Assembly (NCBI GenBank): GCA_965645245.1
Contig: OZ287069.1
Span: 992,001-1,056,000, forward strand
Source: Massalongia carnosa
Taxonomy: Eukaryota
Direction: 5' to 3'
DNA: 64,000 nucleotides
Every line of letters begins with the position of its first letter. The first letter of the stretch is position 1. The notes under the pieces were generated by a model, which did not search any database, was not told the origin of the DNA, and saw only the letters and a program-made list of their open reading frames with translations. Below are positions 23,102-35,440 of the stretch, in pieces. A program made the translations under genes and the position numbers.

Positions 23102-24296
23102 CTAATAGTAACTCCTAGTCTGACGACAGCCCCCTTGATAAAAGTTAAACAGCTCCTCCTCATCACCCTCATCATTCTCATTATTTTCAGTGTTGAAATC
23201 TGCAAGGACATCTTGGATAGCCTTATCATGCCAATGCTTATAGGGTTGAAATACGCCCACATCAAGGGGTTGCATACAATGAGTCAGATGTGGTATTAGG
23301 GGGAGAGGGCGAATGTGATTTTCATTGGCAAGCTTTATAAACTCAGGAGTGCAATGAGTCCCATGATTATCCACGAGCATCAATTTCTACTGCTTGTAGG
23401 CCCCGAGTTTGTATTCGCAATGAAATGCTTCAAAAATTCAATGGCTATTTCATCGGTGATGAACCCATTTTCTGATACTTCAATCAGAGTCCCTGTGGGC
23501 AGCCCTTCTTGGAACCAGTTCTGTATTATTCTACGACCTTGCATGATTAAAACGGGAGAAGGTGGTTGATGACCGGCGGCGTTGATGCTTTCGATTATGA
23601 TGAGAGATTTGCGATTTTCTGGACTGATTGAATAGAACTCCTTAATATCTGATGAAACTAGAATTTCATGACCCTTCATACACTCAACTCGAAATCCTGC
23701 TTCATCAAAGTTCCAGATATCTAGTGAACGAGTTGTCCCCAACTCTGCAAGAACCCGCTGATATCGATCAAGCCATGATCTCACATCTGACTCCTGAGCC
23801 GCAGTATATCGAACAACTGCCAGCGGCTTGGTTTTTATCTTGTGCAGGCCATTGTCTTTCCACAATTGCCTAAACCACCGCGGACTTGGATCATTGAATT
23901 CGGCATCTTGAGCACGTTTCAGAATCTTAATGGCAGCAAAAACCACTTTATGAGTAGGTTGAATGCCATACGCAATCAGAGATCGAATGAATTCGTGAAT
24001 GGCTCTGACCTGATGCTCCTCCAGGATTTTATTCTGCCCTTCACTTTTCTTCGGCGGCGTCTTTTCACGTTCAATTGAATTGTATAGAGTGGTGTCGACG
24101 AGGTTGAAGATTCGAGCAGCGCAAACGATGCTCTCCTTGGGGTTTCTAATAAAAACTGCTTAGCATTTTGCACCGGCGTTGCAATAGAATCACTGGTTTT
24201 AATAAGGTTCTTATTCATGATGCTGCTGCTATTCATGATTGAGGTGGGGAGCGGTTGATGAAATAGGGAGAGAGGGATTGACGAAATAGGAGGCAT
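23102..24296 (-). pseudogene. Fot1-like DDE_1 transposase, frameshifted, with a C-terminal deletion
   Basis: IWNFDEAGF, ESINAAG, ENGFITDEIAIEFLKHF, LLVDNHGTH, THCMQPLDVGVFQPYKH spread over three frames. Confidence 0.88.
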
Positions 24297-24468
24297 GCAA
24301 CTGATGCGGTCGCGATTGAATAAAGGTGAATATCCCGGTTAATCAATAAGTGATATCTATGGTATGAATAATAACAGCTAACGGTCGTAGGTTGCGGTCG
24401 AGAAGTGTTGCAAAAAGCTGCAAAATAGGTGGTAAAATGGGTGAATTTAGACAAATCCTGAAATTGAA

Positions 24469-24540
24469 ACTACGCAGACCGCTTTGCCTACGCAGACCGC
24501 TTTGCCTACGCAGACCGCTTTGCCTACGCAGACCGCTTTC
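24469..24540. repeat. 18-bp subterminal tandem repeat x4 (CTACGCAGACCGCTTTGC) in the right end of the pogo element
   Basis: Directly visible; only a partial unit is present in the left end. Confidence 0.9.
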
Positions 24541-25420
24541 CCCGACTAGAGGTGCACGTGGAGGTGGTATGTACACCTTCTATGGAGGCAGCTAAGCGAG
24601 GCCGACGATTACAGCGATAACAGGATTTTTGGTTGTTGCTAATTGATAATAGTGTCGTTGCTAAATTATTCCTCATCAGTACTTCTAGATCCCTCTTTCA
24701 TTGCATGATAGATTGAGCATATAACTAAGTGAAGCAGCTCAATAGAGATGGACGTCCCGCCATTTACTTCGCAAATCCTTATAAATAATATAAAAAACTC
24801 CACCCTTCACAGTGATGTTTACAAGATAGCTTCAGCTCAACATAAGGATGCCTGATTAACTTCTAGCAATATTTCTGGCCTTCATAACTCAGGATCCCCC
24901 TGAGGTCTCTCTGCCGTAATATTTAATCCTTTACGAGCATCCTCATGCAAAATATATCGAAAGATGAACTTCCTCTTGACCGAAACGTCATTCTCAAAAA
25001 CCATTTAAAAAGATTCTGCTTGGCCTCATGAATATTATCTAGGAACAGGTATTCGCAGGCATCATGTCCCGAAGAAGGCTTTGGGGTCGACTGCGGGTGG
25101 ATATTCACCAACGACCAGGCACTGCTTTGTGGAGCTATTCCAGAAGTAGGGAGTAATGGAAGTAATCCAATGCTCGAGTAAAGCAAGATTGCTGCTCATA
25201 TACTTCTAAGCTAACCTCTTAGTCAAACTTCCAACCTGTAGTGGTCACGACTTCATTAAAAGCGAAATTGTGACCGTTTCTTATTTGGCATAAAGCCTTT
25301 TGGGAACGCTTGGAGAGAATTAGCCTATAATTGAAGGCTCTCAATCTTTTAAAGATTATTTTTGGATAAGCAGCCGCGGTATTCGTAGTTACGATGGAGC
25401 CTCGGATAAAAAAATACATC

Positions 25421-26198
25421 TTAATAGAAGCTTCGAGTAGCATTGCCAGATACCCGGCTTCTTGTACCACTCGTAGGCCTCGCAAAATTTTCCGGTTCGG
25501 CCTTGAATTTGTTTGGGGAAACTTCGGAGTCGGTTTTGTGGTCTTTTGTAGTGTCCCTTTCCATTGCATCGGAATCCTGCTCCTGCTTTTGGTCTCGCCT
25601 CTTAGTTCTTGAGCGCCAAAGGCGATCTTCGTTTTCAATCTCTTTTAGAACTATATCATATAACATAGAGATTAGCATTAAAAAATAGCGCGGCTATGGG
25701 TGTCTTATGAGCATAAAGCTATGATAACAGTAACTTACCATCTTCCCATTCCGCTTCCTGCTCCTCGTCGCCTGATCCTAATAACCTCTCAACATCTACG
25801 TCCTCGCCCCTGTGAACACGCTCGATAGCATCCTTAAGTAAGCCAATCTTAGTATCAGCTTTTCGGCTGAAGTTCTTGTAATCGTTCTTCAAAGCAATCA
25901 TTTGAATCGAGTTGGATCCAATGAATAAGAAGATTATTATGAAAAAGGTTGCAGGATTCCAATCATTGGATCTTTGAGCCTTCGTAGGAGCCGGGTATGC
26001 GTGTGAGGTTCGCAAGAATTTAGGAACCATCGATTGCCAAAAAGATGGTTGAGCAAGTCGAGGGAATGACTCTATTGAGCTGTACGGCCTCCAGTACTGC
26101 GGAGGACTGTAACATGGCCAGGGATGTTTGCGAAAATAATATCTAGCCACAGGAACTGAATTCAACACGAAAGAACATGAAATTCGTGGTTTTGCCAT
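25421..26198 (-). CDS. Conserved fungal single-TM, probably mitochondrial protein (DUF5321-like); 2 exons
   Basis: PRLAQPSFWQSMVPKFLR, WNPATFFIIIFLFIGSNSIQMI, IGLLKDAIERVHRGEDVDVERLLGSGD..E.EWE; GTAAGT intron near 25738. Confidence 0.75.
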
Positions 26199-26415
26199 GA
26201 TGGAGATCTTGAATAAGCACTTGTTGGAATTCTTAGAGAAAGTGACAAGTTTCACGTGCTATTTGATTACATAATCCCTTGCTTGTTTACTTTGGGTGAG
26301 CTCACTACTTTCCCTAAACATTGTGCTATGTGTATTCCTAACAGCATCATTGAATGTACGGGCTCATGCAATAGCTGAAGTTCTGCATGCTTCTATTTTT
26401 GCGGCCGAAATCGCT

Positions 26416-29400
26416 ATGACCTATAAGGAATTACCAGCGCAGGCGGCGAATATCAAACGGGCTGTTGGGACATCAACAACATGTACGCCCGCTACCGTAG
26501 ACTCCCTAAAGTCCTATTTGATGCCCTACAACCCTGCTCCGCCGCAGAAAAAATATGCTCCAACGATTCCACGTCGCTCACGGCCCAAGGGTCCACTAGC
26601 TCGAGCTACGCCAGGGATAGCGAGCGACCAGAAGAAAAGGCCTAATGATATGACTATGATTATTTCTCAGGACGAGTGTAGCATCTCAGAGCTACGAGAA
26701 AAATCTATCCTTGCCACGGAAGTCGTGAATGTAACTTTGAGGGCAATGACTGAGGCTATTAAGAACCCTCGCTCAAAAGCAATTGATTTGAAAAGGTCGT
26801 CAACGAAGTCAACACTTGAGTCCGTACTCGCCGATACTCCAGAGCAAGAAGGATTCCAGCCTCTCCAACCGAAAATTATCAATATTGCCTCCAGCTTGAC
26901 GGAAGAAGCGCAACGATCACGGCGCTCATCATCCACTATACCACCGAGCATTTCACAGGGCCTCAGGTATCAAGCTGAATGTGCAAGGATTGCATTTGCA
27001 GCCCTCAGGTCAATAAATATTCGGAAAGGTCTTGGGATAGAGATACCATACCTGCAGCTGGAAACCGGTATGTCCGCGTTGGTCGGAAAGATGTTAGCTC
27101 TTGGTTTTGACGACTTGGCTATCAAGGAGCTTCAAATATTAAAACGGCGACTTGACCATGCGTTAGCCTCTCTTTCCACAAACAATGAGCCAGGCAGTAT
27201 TTTGCCACCGAAAGCTTCAGTTGATGAAACCGTCTCAACAAAGGAAGAAGCAACGGCGAGCCTTTTACATTTCAAAACTCTAAATATTAACGGCCCGCTA
27301 TTGGCACTGGTTATTACATTTCAGCTACAGGTGCTCAAGCTCATTTCTTTAAGGTCCAATCATGCTATGGTGGAGGCTGCATATAAGCACATCCAATTAT
27401 GCACCCATTATTCCCCGGCGAATCTCATTGAACGCCAAATAAACGTCGATTCATCTGAATCTCGAACCAAGGCCGCACGCCAGTTGGAAGTACTCGCCCA
27501 ATCGCTCTTTTCTTTAGTTTTCCGTAGGCCAGCCTTGCTAGATGGGCAGCTTTCTGGTTCACTCCATCAGCTCTCACCGCATACCGTTTTCAAGATACAG
27601 GTTTTAGTTCTTGAGATCCGCTCTAGATCATGGAAATTATCTTATCATGAGAATGACACTTTGAAAGATGTGATTGAGCCCTTTTCTCGATATTTAAGTA
27701 GCTTTCGGCGGCTGTCTAGTTTGGATCCTGCGAAAAAGTATAAAATAGCCAAGACAGCTTTTCAATCTCTTTCTGCATGTGCTAGATTTGGTACGGATGT
27801 TGAATCACTATCTGCTCACTCTCGGGAAAATCCACTCCTTGCTGTTTATGGGCTTATGGCAGATCAGGCACAAGATTGCTGTAGCTACGACGAAGCAGGC
27901 CATTGGTTTCAATGTTCCACGGAATTCTTGAGCAGCAGTGGAGCCTCACCTTCAAGAGTTTGTGCATCCTTATGTCGTGTAGCTGGCCTACGGATGAGAG
28001 CGTATATCAAGGGTGCAGGAGAGGAAGGACTCTTAAGCTCAATGAACGACGCTATTCGATGCCTCGAAGGAGACATTCGGGGCGAAGCAGCGGATTTGGA
28101 TGATCTGTTGTTAGGTATTGTTACTCTCCGGAAACTGGCGTTTTCCGCATTTCATGGATACCACAAGTCGTTCAAAGAATCCAAGGCTGCCGGAGCTTCT
28201 GAGAATCTTGATAAGTTCTCAAAATTGATTATCCTTGGAGTCAAGTTTCTCGTCAGATTTCTTGGTAAAAGCCCAGGCCTTCAGATAGATGATAAAGCTA
28301 CCTCTCGATTTGATCAACGAAAGAAACTAGTATGGAACAATGTCGGGCCATTCTTTGAATCAATTGCCGTAATGACAAGGTTCTCTATGGCGACCGGAAT
28401 GGATGATTGGGAAAGAATAGAAGGGGGGCTGCAAGACTGTCTCCGGCTTACTTCAAGGCTGATTGATAAAGAAGAGGAAACATCCTGGGTGTCATTAGAA
28501 CAAGGCTTCCGAGAACTTAATCTTGTACCTTTGTCAAATGCATACTGGTACCGTTACCAGTATCTAAAGCAGACAAATGGGGTGTCCCAAGAAATCCAAC
28601 GATGTCTTCTCCTATCAATTGACATTCTCAAAAATCAATCAACTACCGAAAAGCTAAGTGGTCTCCTACCATTAAAGCTGGAGAGATTAGGATGTATCTA
28701 TGAAGCCTCAAAGGATTTTGCGAAGGCTGTAGATATCTACGCTGAAGCTTTGCACCTTCAGGTGGATGGCGGTTTGTTAAAACTGACCGCTGAAGTGGCG
28801 GCTATCAAGCCATTGGCAGAAATCTTCAACGGAACCGACGATTACAATGTTCTTGGTCGGCTATTGCTTGCATATCCGAGAGTAAGCCTTAGAGTGGATT
28901 GGCAAGATCCAGAACCAAGACTTATTTTTGACAATGCAAATCTATTCCCTTCGGAACGTGGGATACTACTTGAGCAACAACTTACTGCCATCGCCTTGAT
29001 CCTTCACGTTCAAAGCCCATCGGCAATTATTCATAAGATATGTCAAACTCTCGCCTCGGCTCTTCTTACAATCTATACCGATTTTGAATTCCCAATTCGG
29101 CGTCTTCGTGTTTGCCTGCAGTTGTTACGAATGCACTCTACACATTTTTCTATGGTCGAATCTGATATACTAGACCAAGTCTTATACATTAAAACATCAG
29201 AATTGGCTTCACTTAATACAAGCTACGATGCAAGTCTGAGCTGCTTTGGAGTCCATCTCCAAAATGCTCGTGTTGTCTGCGTAAATTTAAATAATGCAAC
29301 TTTTGATTTGCACGCAGTGAAAAGCTCACTGAACTCATGGTCAAAAATGCTACATGGTTGCTCCAGTTGGCAATCGCTCAAGCGCCAAGTGAGCGATGTC

Positions 29401-32400
29401 GCTGACTGGGTTCTGCAGCTTGAGTCACTTGCCGAATATCTCGAAATGCATGGCCTTGATCTAATCAGAGTATCCGTACTGCATCTCTTAGCTATAATTC
29501 GGGAGATGGAGAATCCTACTGAACCTGCTGCTATGGTTTCGGCGTATTCTGCCCTTGGTTTGCAATATGTTAGACTTGGTTACCCGAACCAAGCTGGCCA
29601 TTCACTGCATAAAGCTTCGAAGCACCTGAACGAGCCCGAGATTCCCGGACAAGTCTATATAAAATACAAGATAGCATGCGCTGAATATTTAGTTGGAATG
29701 GGTAATCTTCTTGAAGCGTTCGTAAGCCTTTACCTATCGAAAGCCATCACTAACTTCTATCCAGTGAGGAACATCTTTCCGATGCTCAAAATGTATTCAA
29801 CGAGAAAATTGGAGTGGGGAGCACGCGAAAGCCAAGTCTAAGAGAACGAGGCAAATTGACTCTGATGCTCGCAGAGGCGAATTACGCCCTATCATTAATG
29901 ACAGCAGCGGGAGGGAAATTCTCGGACGCACTTCTATTTGCCAGGCAGAACGTAAGGCTTAGCTATCGAACTTGGGCATTTCTGGAACACCATCAGGGTA
30001 AACTGGATGCTCCATGCCATACTAAGACGCTAGAAAATGATGGGACTACGTTAATAAATGAAATCTCAAATTTACCAATTGTCGATCCTCAAGACTCGAC
30101 ATTCTACTGCGCTATGCACGCTACTCTTCAAACAGCTGCTTTCTGGAGCATCGTTCCTCGGCTTTTCAATGGCCTCGTGCAGTTGTCTCTGCTCTTCGCT
30201 CACGAAGGCCTCTTTTTGGAGGCACGGTATTATGTAGAGCAAGCCCAGAAAATCGCGAACGCTGTGCCTGCTACTAGCTTCAGAGCACGATGTCTTGGCT
30301 TGCTTGGTAACTTTATTACGCAAAGCGGGAAATTTGAACAAGGAATCGAGTTGCTGAGGACAGCAGAGAAAGCTCTCCATGACCTTCCCAAAGATCGGTA
30401 CTTGGTGTCCTTGTACATCTTTATCTCTGAGAACTATGCATTGCGAAGTGAACTCGAGTCTGCAGCTACGGCTACTAGTTCTGCGGAGAGTATAATGGAG
30501 CATCTTACAAAAAAGTCTTTTATCGACGAACTGATCTATCAATCAAATCCTGAACAGAGCCTTGAGTTGAAGATGGATCAATTGACTCTAGGTGAAGTTT
30601 CCAAGATTGCTCGACTTCAAATAAAAGCAAAAAATCTTTCTAGCCCTTCCACTACCAAAGGTCCAGCAAATACACGGCTTGTAGGATCAATTCAAGACTT
30701 ACACCGCAACCCTGATGCAGTTCTACTAGTGCAAATGAAAGGCAAGATCCTCCAGCAGCGGGCTTACACCGCAATACGTGAAAATAAGCTTGACTTAGCA
30801 GCAGCTCTTCTTTCAGAAGCAACATCCCTCCCCGTACCTCAGGAGCGTAAGCAACTTGCATTGTTAGAAGCCCAGCTGTACCTTCGCCAAGCACAGGTAA
30901 GCTTGGCTGCTGATCCGGTCTTCTGTGTCCTCCCTGAGTCAACTGTCTCCCATCCATCTACTATCACTATCAAAAGCCGTCAAGAAAATACTATTCCAGA
31001 GCGTTGCCCCATGGAGAAACACCAACCCAGTCCTCGCAGAAAACCGCTGGCCAAAACTTTGATCAAGAAGCCAAAAGAGGCACAACCACCACCACCGAGC
31101 AAATTTGTGCAGCTCCTTAATCAGTCTCTAGAGAGTGTAGTTAGCGTTCACAGTTGGGCGAGGATGTTGTGTTCTACTGCTACTATACATACTATGACGG
31201 ATTCACTAACGAAGACACTGATGATGCTTTCTGCTGCTTCTCTTTCCCAGCCAAAAATCGCTGCTAGTTCAACGTATGCGGTATATGCCATGGGTACGTC
31301 GTGTTAAATACTTATATGTAAGAGGTTACATTAATGTAATTGTGTACAGAACTAGGCAGGACAGTCTCATCTAATAGGGGGGCCTCGGCTATTAGAGCCG
31401 AGCAACAGTCATCTAGTAGCCATGAGCTACTTGTTTGGCCACAAGGGCGTACTGTCGAGGATTGCGAATCTTCGACCATCAACCCCCTTGATTTTGCTAC
31501 ATTTCAAACGGAGTATGTTGACATCATCCCCCTTTCTTGGAGAGTGCTATCATTGTCGTTAAGCGAATCTCACGACGAGATCCGAATTGCAAGAATACGC
31601 GCGGATCAAACTCCTTTTATTCTTACTTTACCTTTGAACAGGCACAGCTCTCGCGACCCTGATGAAGAATACTTTGGATTCAAGAATGGAAAGGATGAGC
31701 TGGAGGAGATTATTGCGCTTGCCAATTACTCAGCGCATGATGCCCAGGACATGGCCCGCAAAGGGGCTAATTCCGAATGGTGGGAAGTTCGAGAAGCTTT
31801 GGACACTCGTTTAAAAGAACTATTATCGAACATGGAGAACATTTGGCTGGGAGGTTTTCGAGCCATTTTCTCGGATTGCACGCAAAGCCCACAGCTTTTG
31901 TCACGTTTTCAGCAATCTCTTCAGAACATTTTTGACAAACATCTACCATCACGGCAGAAACCAAAGAAGAGGGCAAAGTCAAGCCGTGTGGCACTAGATT
32001 CGCGGGTGTTGGGGTTATTTGTGGGACTCGGGCACCCAACTGATGTCAATGACTTAGATGAAGCATTAATGGACTTGCTTTACTTTGTTATTGACATACT
32101 GCAGTTTCACGGTGAACACAATGCTTATGATGAGATTGATTTTGACGCGGTAAGTTTTGCCTCGAAGATCGGTGAGCTGCACTAATAGTTGTCAGATCGC
32201 CATCGAGGTTATCGATGCGCTTCGTCAATACCACGAGGCTTACAAAAGTGAAACTTGTGAGAATCAGATTAAGCATACGATTCTCATACTAGATAAAGCA
32301 TTGCATTCCTTCCCGTGGGAATCCTTGCCCTGCATGGAAAACCAAGCCGTGTCAAGGCTACCGTCACTTGGTTGCCTACGGGACCGATTATTGCAGCGGA

Positions 32401-33083
32401 AGCTGTCGCAGTCAGGAGAGGAAGGTTTCCCAGTCAGAGAAGGTCTTCATGTTAATCGAAACAATGGCGCGTCTGTCCTCAATCCCGGAGGCGATTTGAC
32501 AGCGACTCAATCAAAGTTTGAACAGCCACTACAAGCGCTTTCAGGTTGGAAGACCATCACCGAGCGCGGACCCACTGAGGATGAGATGAAGACATGCCTA
32601 CAAAATCACGAAATTTTTCTGTATTTTGGTCACGGGAGTGGCAGCCAATACATTCGGTCGCGAAGCATCAAAAAGCTCGAAAAATGTGCTGTCACGTTAC
32701 TCATGGGATGCAGTAGTGGTGCGTTGACTGAGGCTGGAGAGTTCGAGCCATACGGAACTCCAATCAACTACATGCACGCTGGATGCCCAGCATTGGTGGC
32801 AAATCTGTGGGATGTCACGGACAAGGATATTGATCGATTTGCATTCGAGGTGCTTGAGAAATGGGGATTGTTTGACAAGCCCAAGGTACATGTATCAAAT
32901 AGCAGCCCTGTCAAACGAGGCGGGAGAGGGCGAGGAAAGAATAAAGTAGGAATCGTCGAGAGCCTGGATGCTGATTCGATCTCCTTGGACCAAGCGGTCA
33001 CCCAGGGACGCGGTGCTTGTAAGTTGAGGTATTTAAACGGCGCAGCACCTGTTATATATGGTATCCCAGTCTTTCTTTCTTGA
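26416..33083 (+). CDS. ESP1: Separase (separin; ESP1/BimB/Cut1 ortholog); 4 exons
   Basis: About 2100 aa. C-terminal C50 peptidase domain: FPWESLP, YFGHGSG (catalytic His), LMGCSSG (catalytic Cys), LWDVTDKDID, YLNGAAPVIYG. Introns near 29718, 31294 and 32150. Confidence 0.95.
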
Positions 33084-33504
33084 CTAGTAGGGTATAAAAA
33101 GGCGCATTGCATGGCATTTGAACGGGCGAGTGTTGGAGTGCACTATGGTTTCTGTTTCGAACCCCTCTTTAGCTTTATATCCCTTTGCCTTTCTGGGGTG
33201 GTGGTGTGTTTGGATTTGAATCAGGCGTTTTCTTTTCCAGGACTAGTGTTTTCGTTTCTCCCGCTTGCGATATTGCGAATACCCCTTCTTGCTTCAGCTT
33301 GTTAGAATGGAGAAAAACCCGAAGTCACTCTCATGCTGCCGTTTTGTCCTGTGGGTATATACCATTCATCCCGTCTATTGTCCACCCCGCAACCGACGGC
33401 AACCGACCGACGTCATAAGGTAAACAGTTCCCCACAAACAACAATCCACTCCTCAAAACCGAAGTAAAAGCCCAAACGCTCCTATCCAAAATCCCTTCAC
33501 AAAA

Positions 33505-34957
33505 ATGTCCATCCAAACCAAAGCCACGCTCGGCTCCTTCGGCGGCAAATTCCTCAAACTTGCCCACGATGCCTCCACCACCAAGTGCGAAATGGCCTTC
33601 AACCTCTTCCTCCCGCCGCACGCCAGCAAAGACCCGCTCTTCAAGGTTCCCTTACTCATCTTCCTGGCCGGCTTGACCTGCACGGCCGACAATGCGGCGG
33701 AGAAGGGGTTTTTCCAGCACGAGGCTGCGGAGCAAGGGATTGCTGTGTTGTATCCTGATACTAGTCCTCGTAAGTCGTCGCCTAATCCCCCCGAAAGACT
33801 TTTCAACTTTGCGATTTCCTATGATTATATTTTCTTCTCGCGATGAAATGAGCCTGATGAAGTTTTTCTTTTTGTTTCTTTTCTCTAACCCCAAACCCCC
33901 GCTTTAAGATTCATCCTATTTTTACCTCCCTCCGCCCCTTTCCCCACCCAAAAAAACGCTTCGTCAAAATTTCCCACTTACTCCTCTTCCCCTCTCTTCT
34001 CCCTACAGGCGGTCTCCACCTCCCAGACGAAGACAAAGACTGGGACTTCGGCACCGGCGCCAGCTTCTACGTCGACGCCACCAACAAACCCTGGGCCGAT
34101 GGCTACCGCATGGCCAGCTACATCACGCGCGAACTGCCGGAGCTCGTGTTTCGGCATTTCCCCGAGATCGACGCCGAGCGCGTGAGTATTTCGGGCCATA
34201 GCATGGGAGGGCATGGAGCTTTGACGTTGGTGAGTTGAGTTGAGGGTTTTTTTCTGTTTATTTTTTTCCCCTTAGATGAGCGATATGTAGGTAGGAAGCG
34301 ACGGAGCAAGGAGGCAGAGAAAGGAAATTCCACTCCTCTCGGCTATCACGCGTTATCTTCCTTCCATCCCCTTCTCCATCCCCACACTCCCTCCAAACCC
34401 CCCCCTTCCAAAAAACCCCTTGATTAAACACGCCGCACGAATCCCCCAGTTCCTCAAAAACCCACACCTCTACAAATCCGTCTCCGCGTTCGCCCCCATT
34501 GCCAACCCGTCCGCCAGCCCCTGGGGCCAAAAGGCCTTTACCGGCTACTTCGGCGCAGCCGACACGGCGGAGCGAAAGGCGCTTTGGGCGGACCACGACG
34601 CGACGGAGTTGATGAGGAGATGGAATGGGGGAGAGAAAGGCAGGGAGCTAGATATCTTGATTGATGTTGTGAGTTTCCCTTGGCTTGCTTGCTTGTTTAA
34701 TCTATCCCTTCCCGTTCCTATTTCTAACTAAACTAACCTGCTCCTCTCCCTCCCCCCCGGGCGAAAAAAAACAGGGCTCCGCCGACCCCTACCTCCGCGA
34801 GAACCAGCTGGGGCTTAACGCCTTCGCGAAAGCAGCCGAGGGCAAGCCTGGCGCATTCAAGTGGCGGACGCAGCAGGGATACGACCATGGGTATTATTTC
34901 GTGGCGAGTTTTGCCGCGGACCATATTCGGCATGCGGCGAGGTATTTGTGTCAGTAA
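33505..34957 (+). CDS. S-formylglutathione hydrolase (esterase D); 4 exons
   Basis: [65 protein letters not shown]. Confidence 0.93.
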
Positions 34958-35440
34958 GAGGAGGGAGGGAAGGTGGAGAGGAGGAGGTGGAAGAGGAGGT
35001 GGAAGAGGAGGTGGAAGAGGAGGTGGGGTGGGGATGGGAAGGAGGACGAGGCAAGGACCAGTCAGTGGTGCGGGAGAGGGGGGAAGAGGGGTTTGAAAGG
35101 TAGACTGATCGGTACAATAACACATTACTAAAATAAACATTTTTGCTCCAGTTGAGACAAGAAAATGGATGCCAAGGCTTCAGGAGCGAGAAGGGGTGAT
35201 CGATTGATAGTAAGATCCATTAAAAAAACACCCGCCCCGCCCGTTTAAGATGTTCCTCCACTACAAGATTGAAGATTTGCATAAACTTTTACCTTCACGA
35301 CTTTTTCACCTGCCCCTCCAAGGAATGCACCTCAAAAAGGATATATGAGCAACTCTCTACGCTACGCCAAACTAACGCAATGTATCGCTAATCGCATTTC
35401 AAAAGTAAAACTAAGGAGGGCTAGATAACCCCCCCCTCTG

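Larger units (their letters stand above)
21239..24609 (-). mobile_element. Fot1/pogo-like DNA transposon, defective, with long bipartite TIRs and a nested LINE
   Basis: Outer TIR ATCGTCGGCCTCGCTTAGCTGCCTCCATA at both ends, TA at 21237-38 and 24610-11; inner inverted repeat of about 125 bp (21275-21398 vs 24354-24477). Confidence 0.92.

Noticed and set aside
24343..24595. ORFs with SGLRRQ / RRPLCL repeats
   Set aside because: Translations of the 18-bp subterminal repeat of the transposon.
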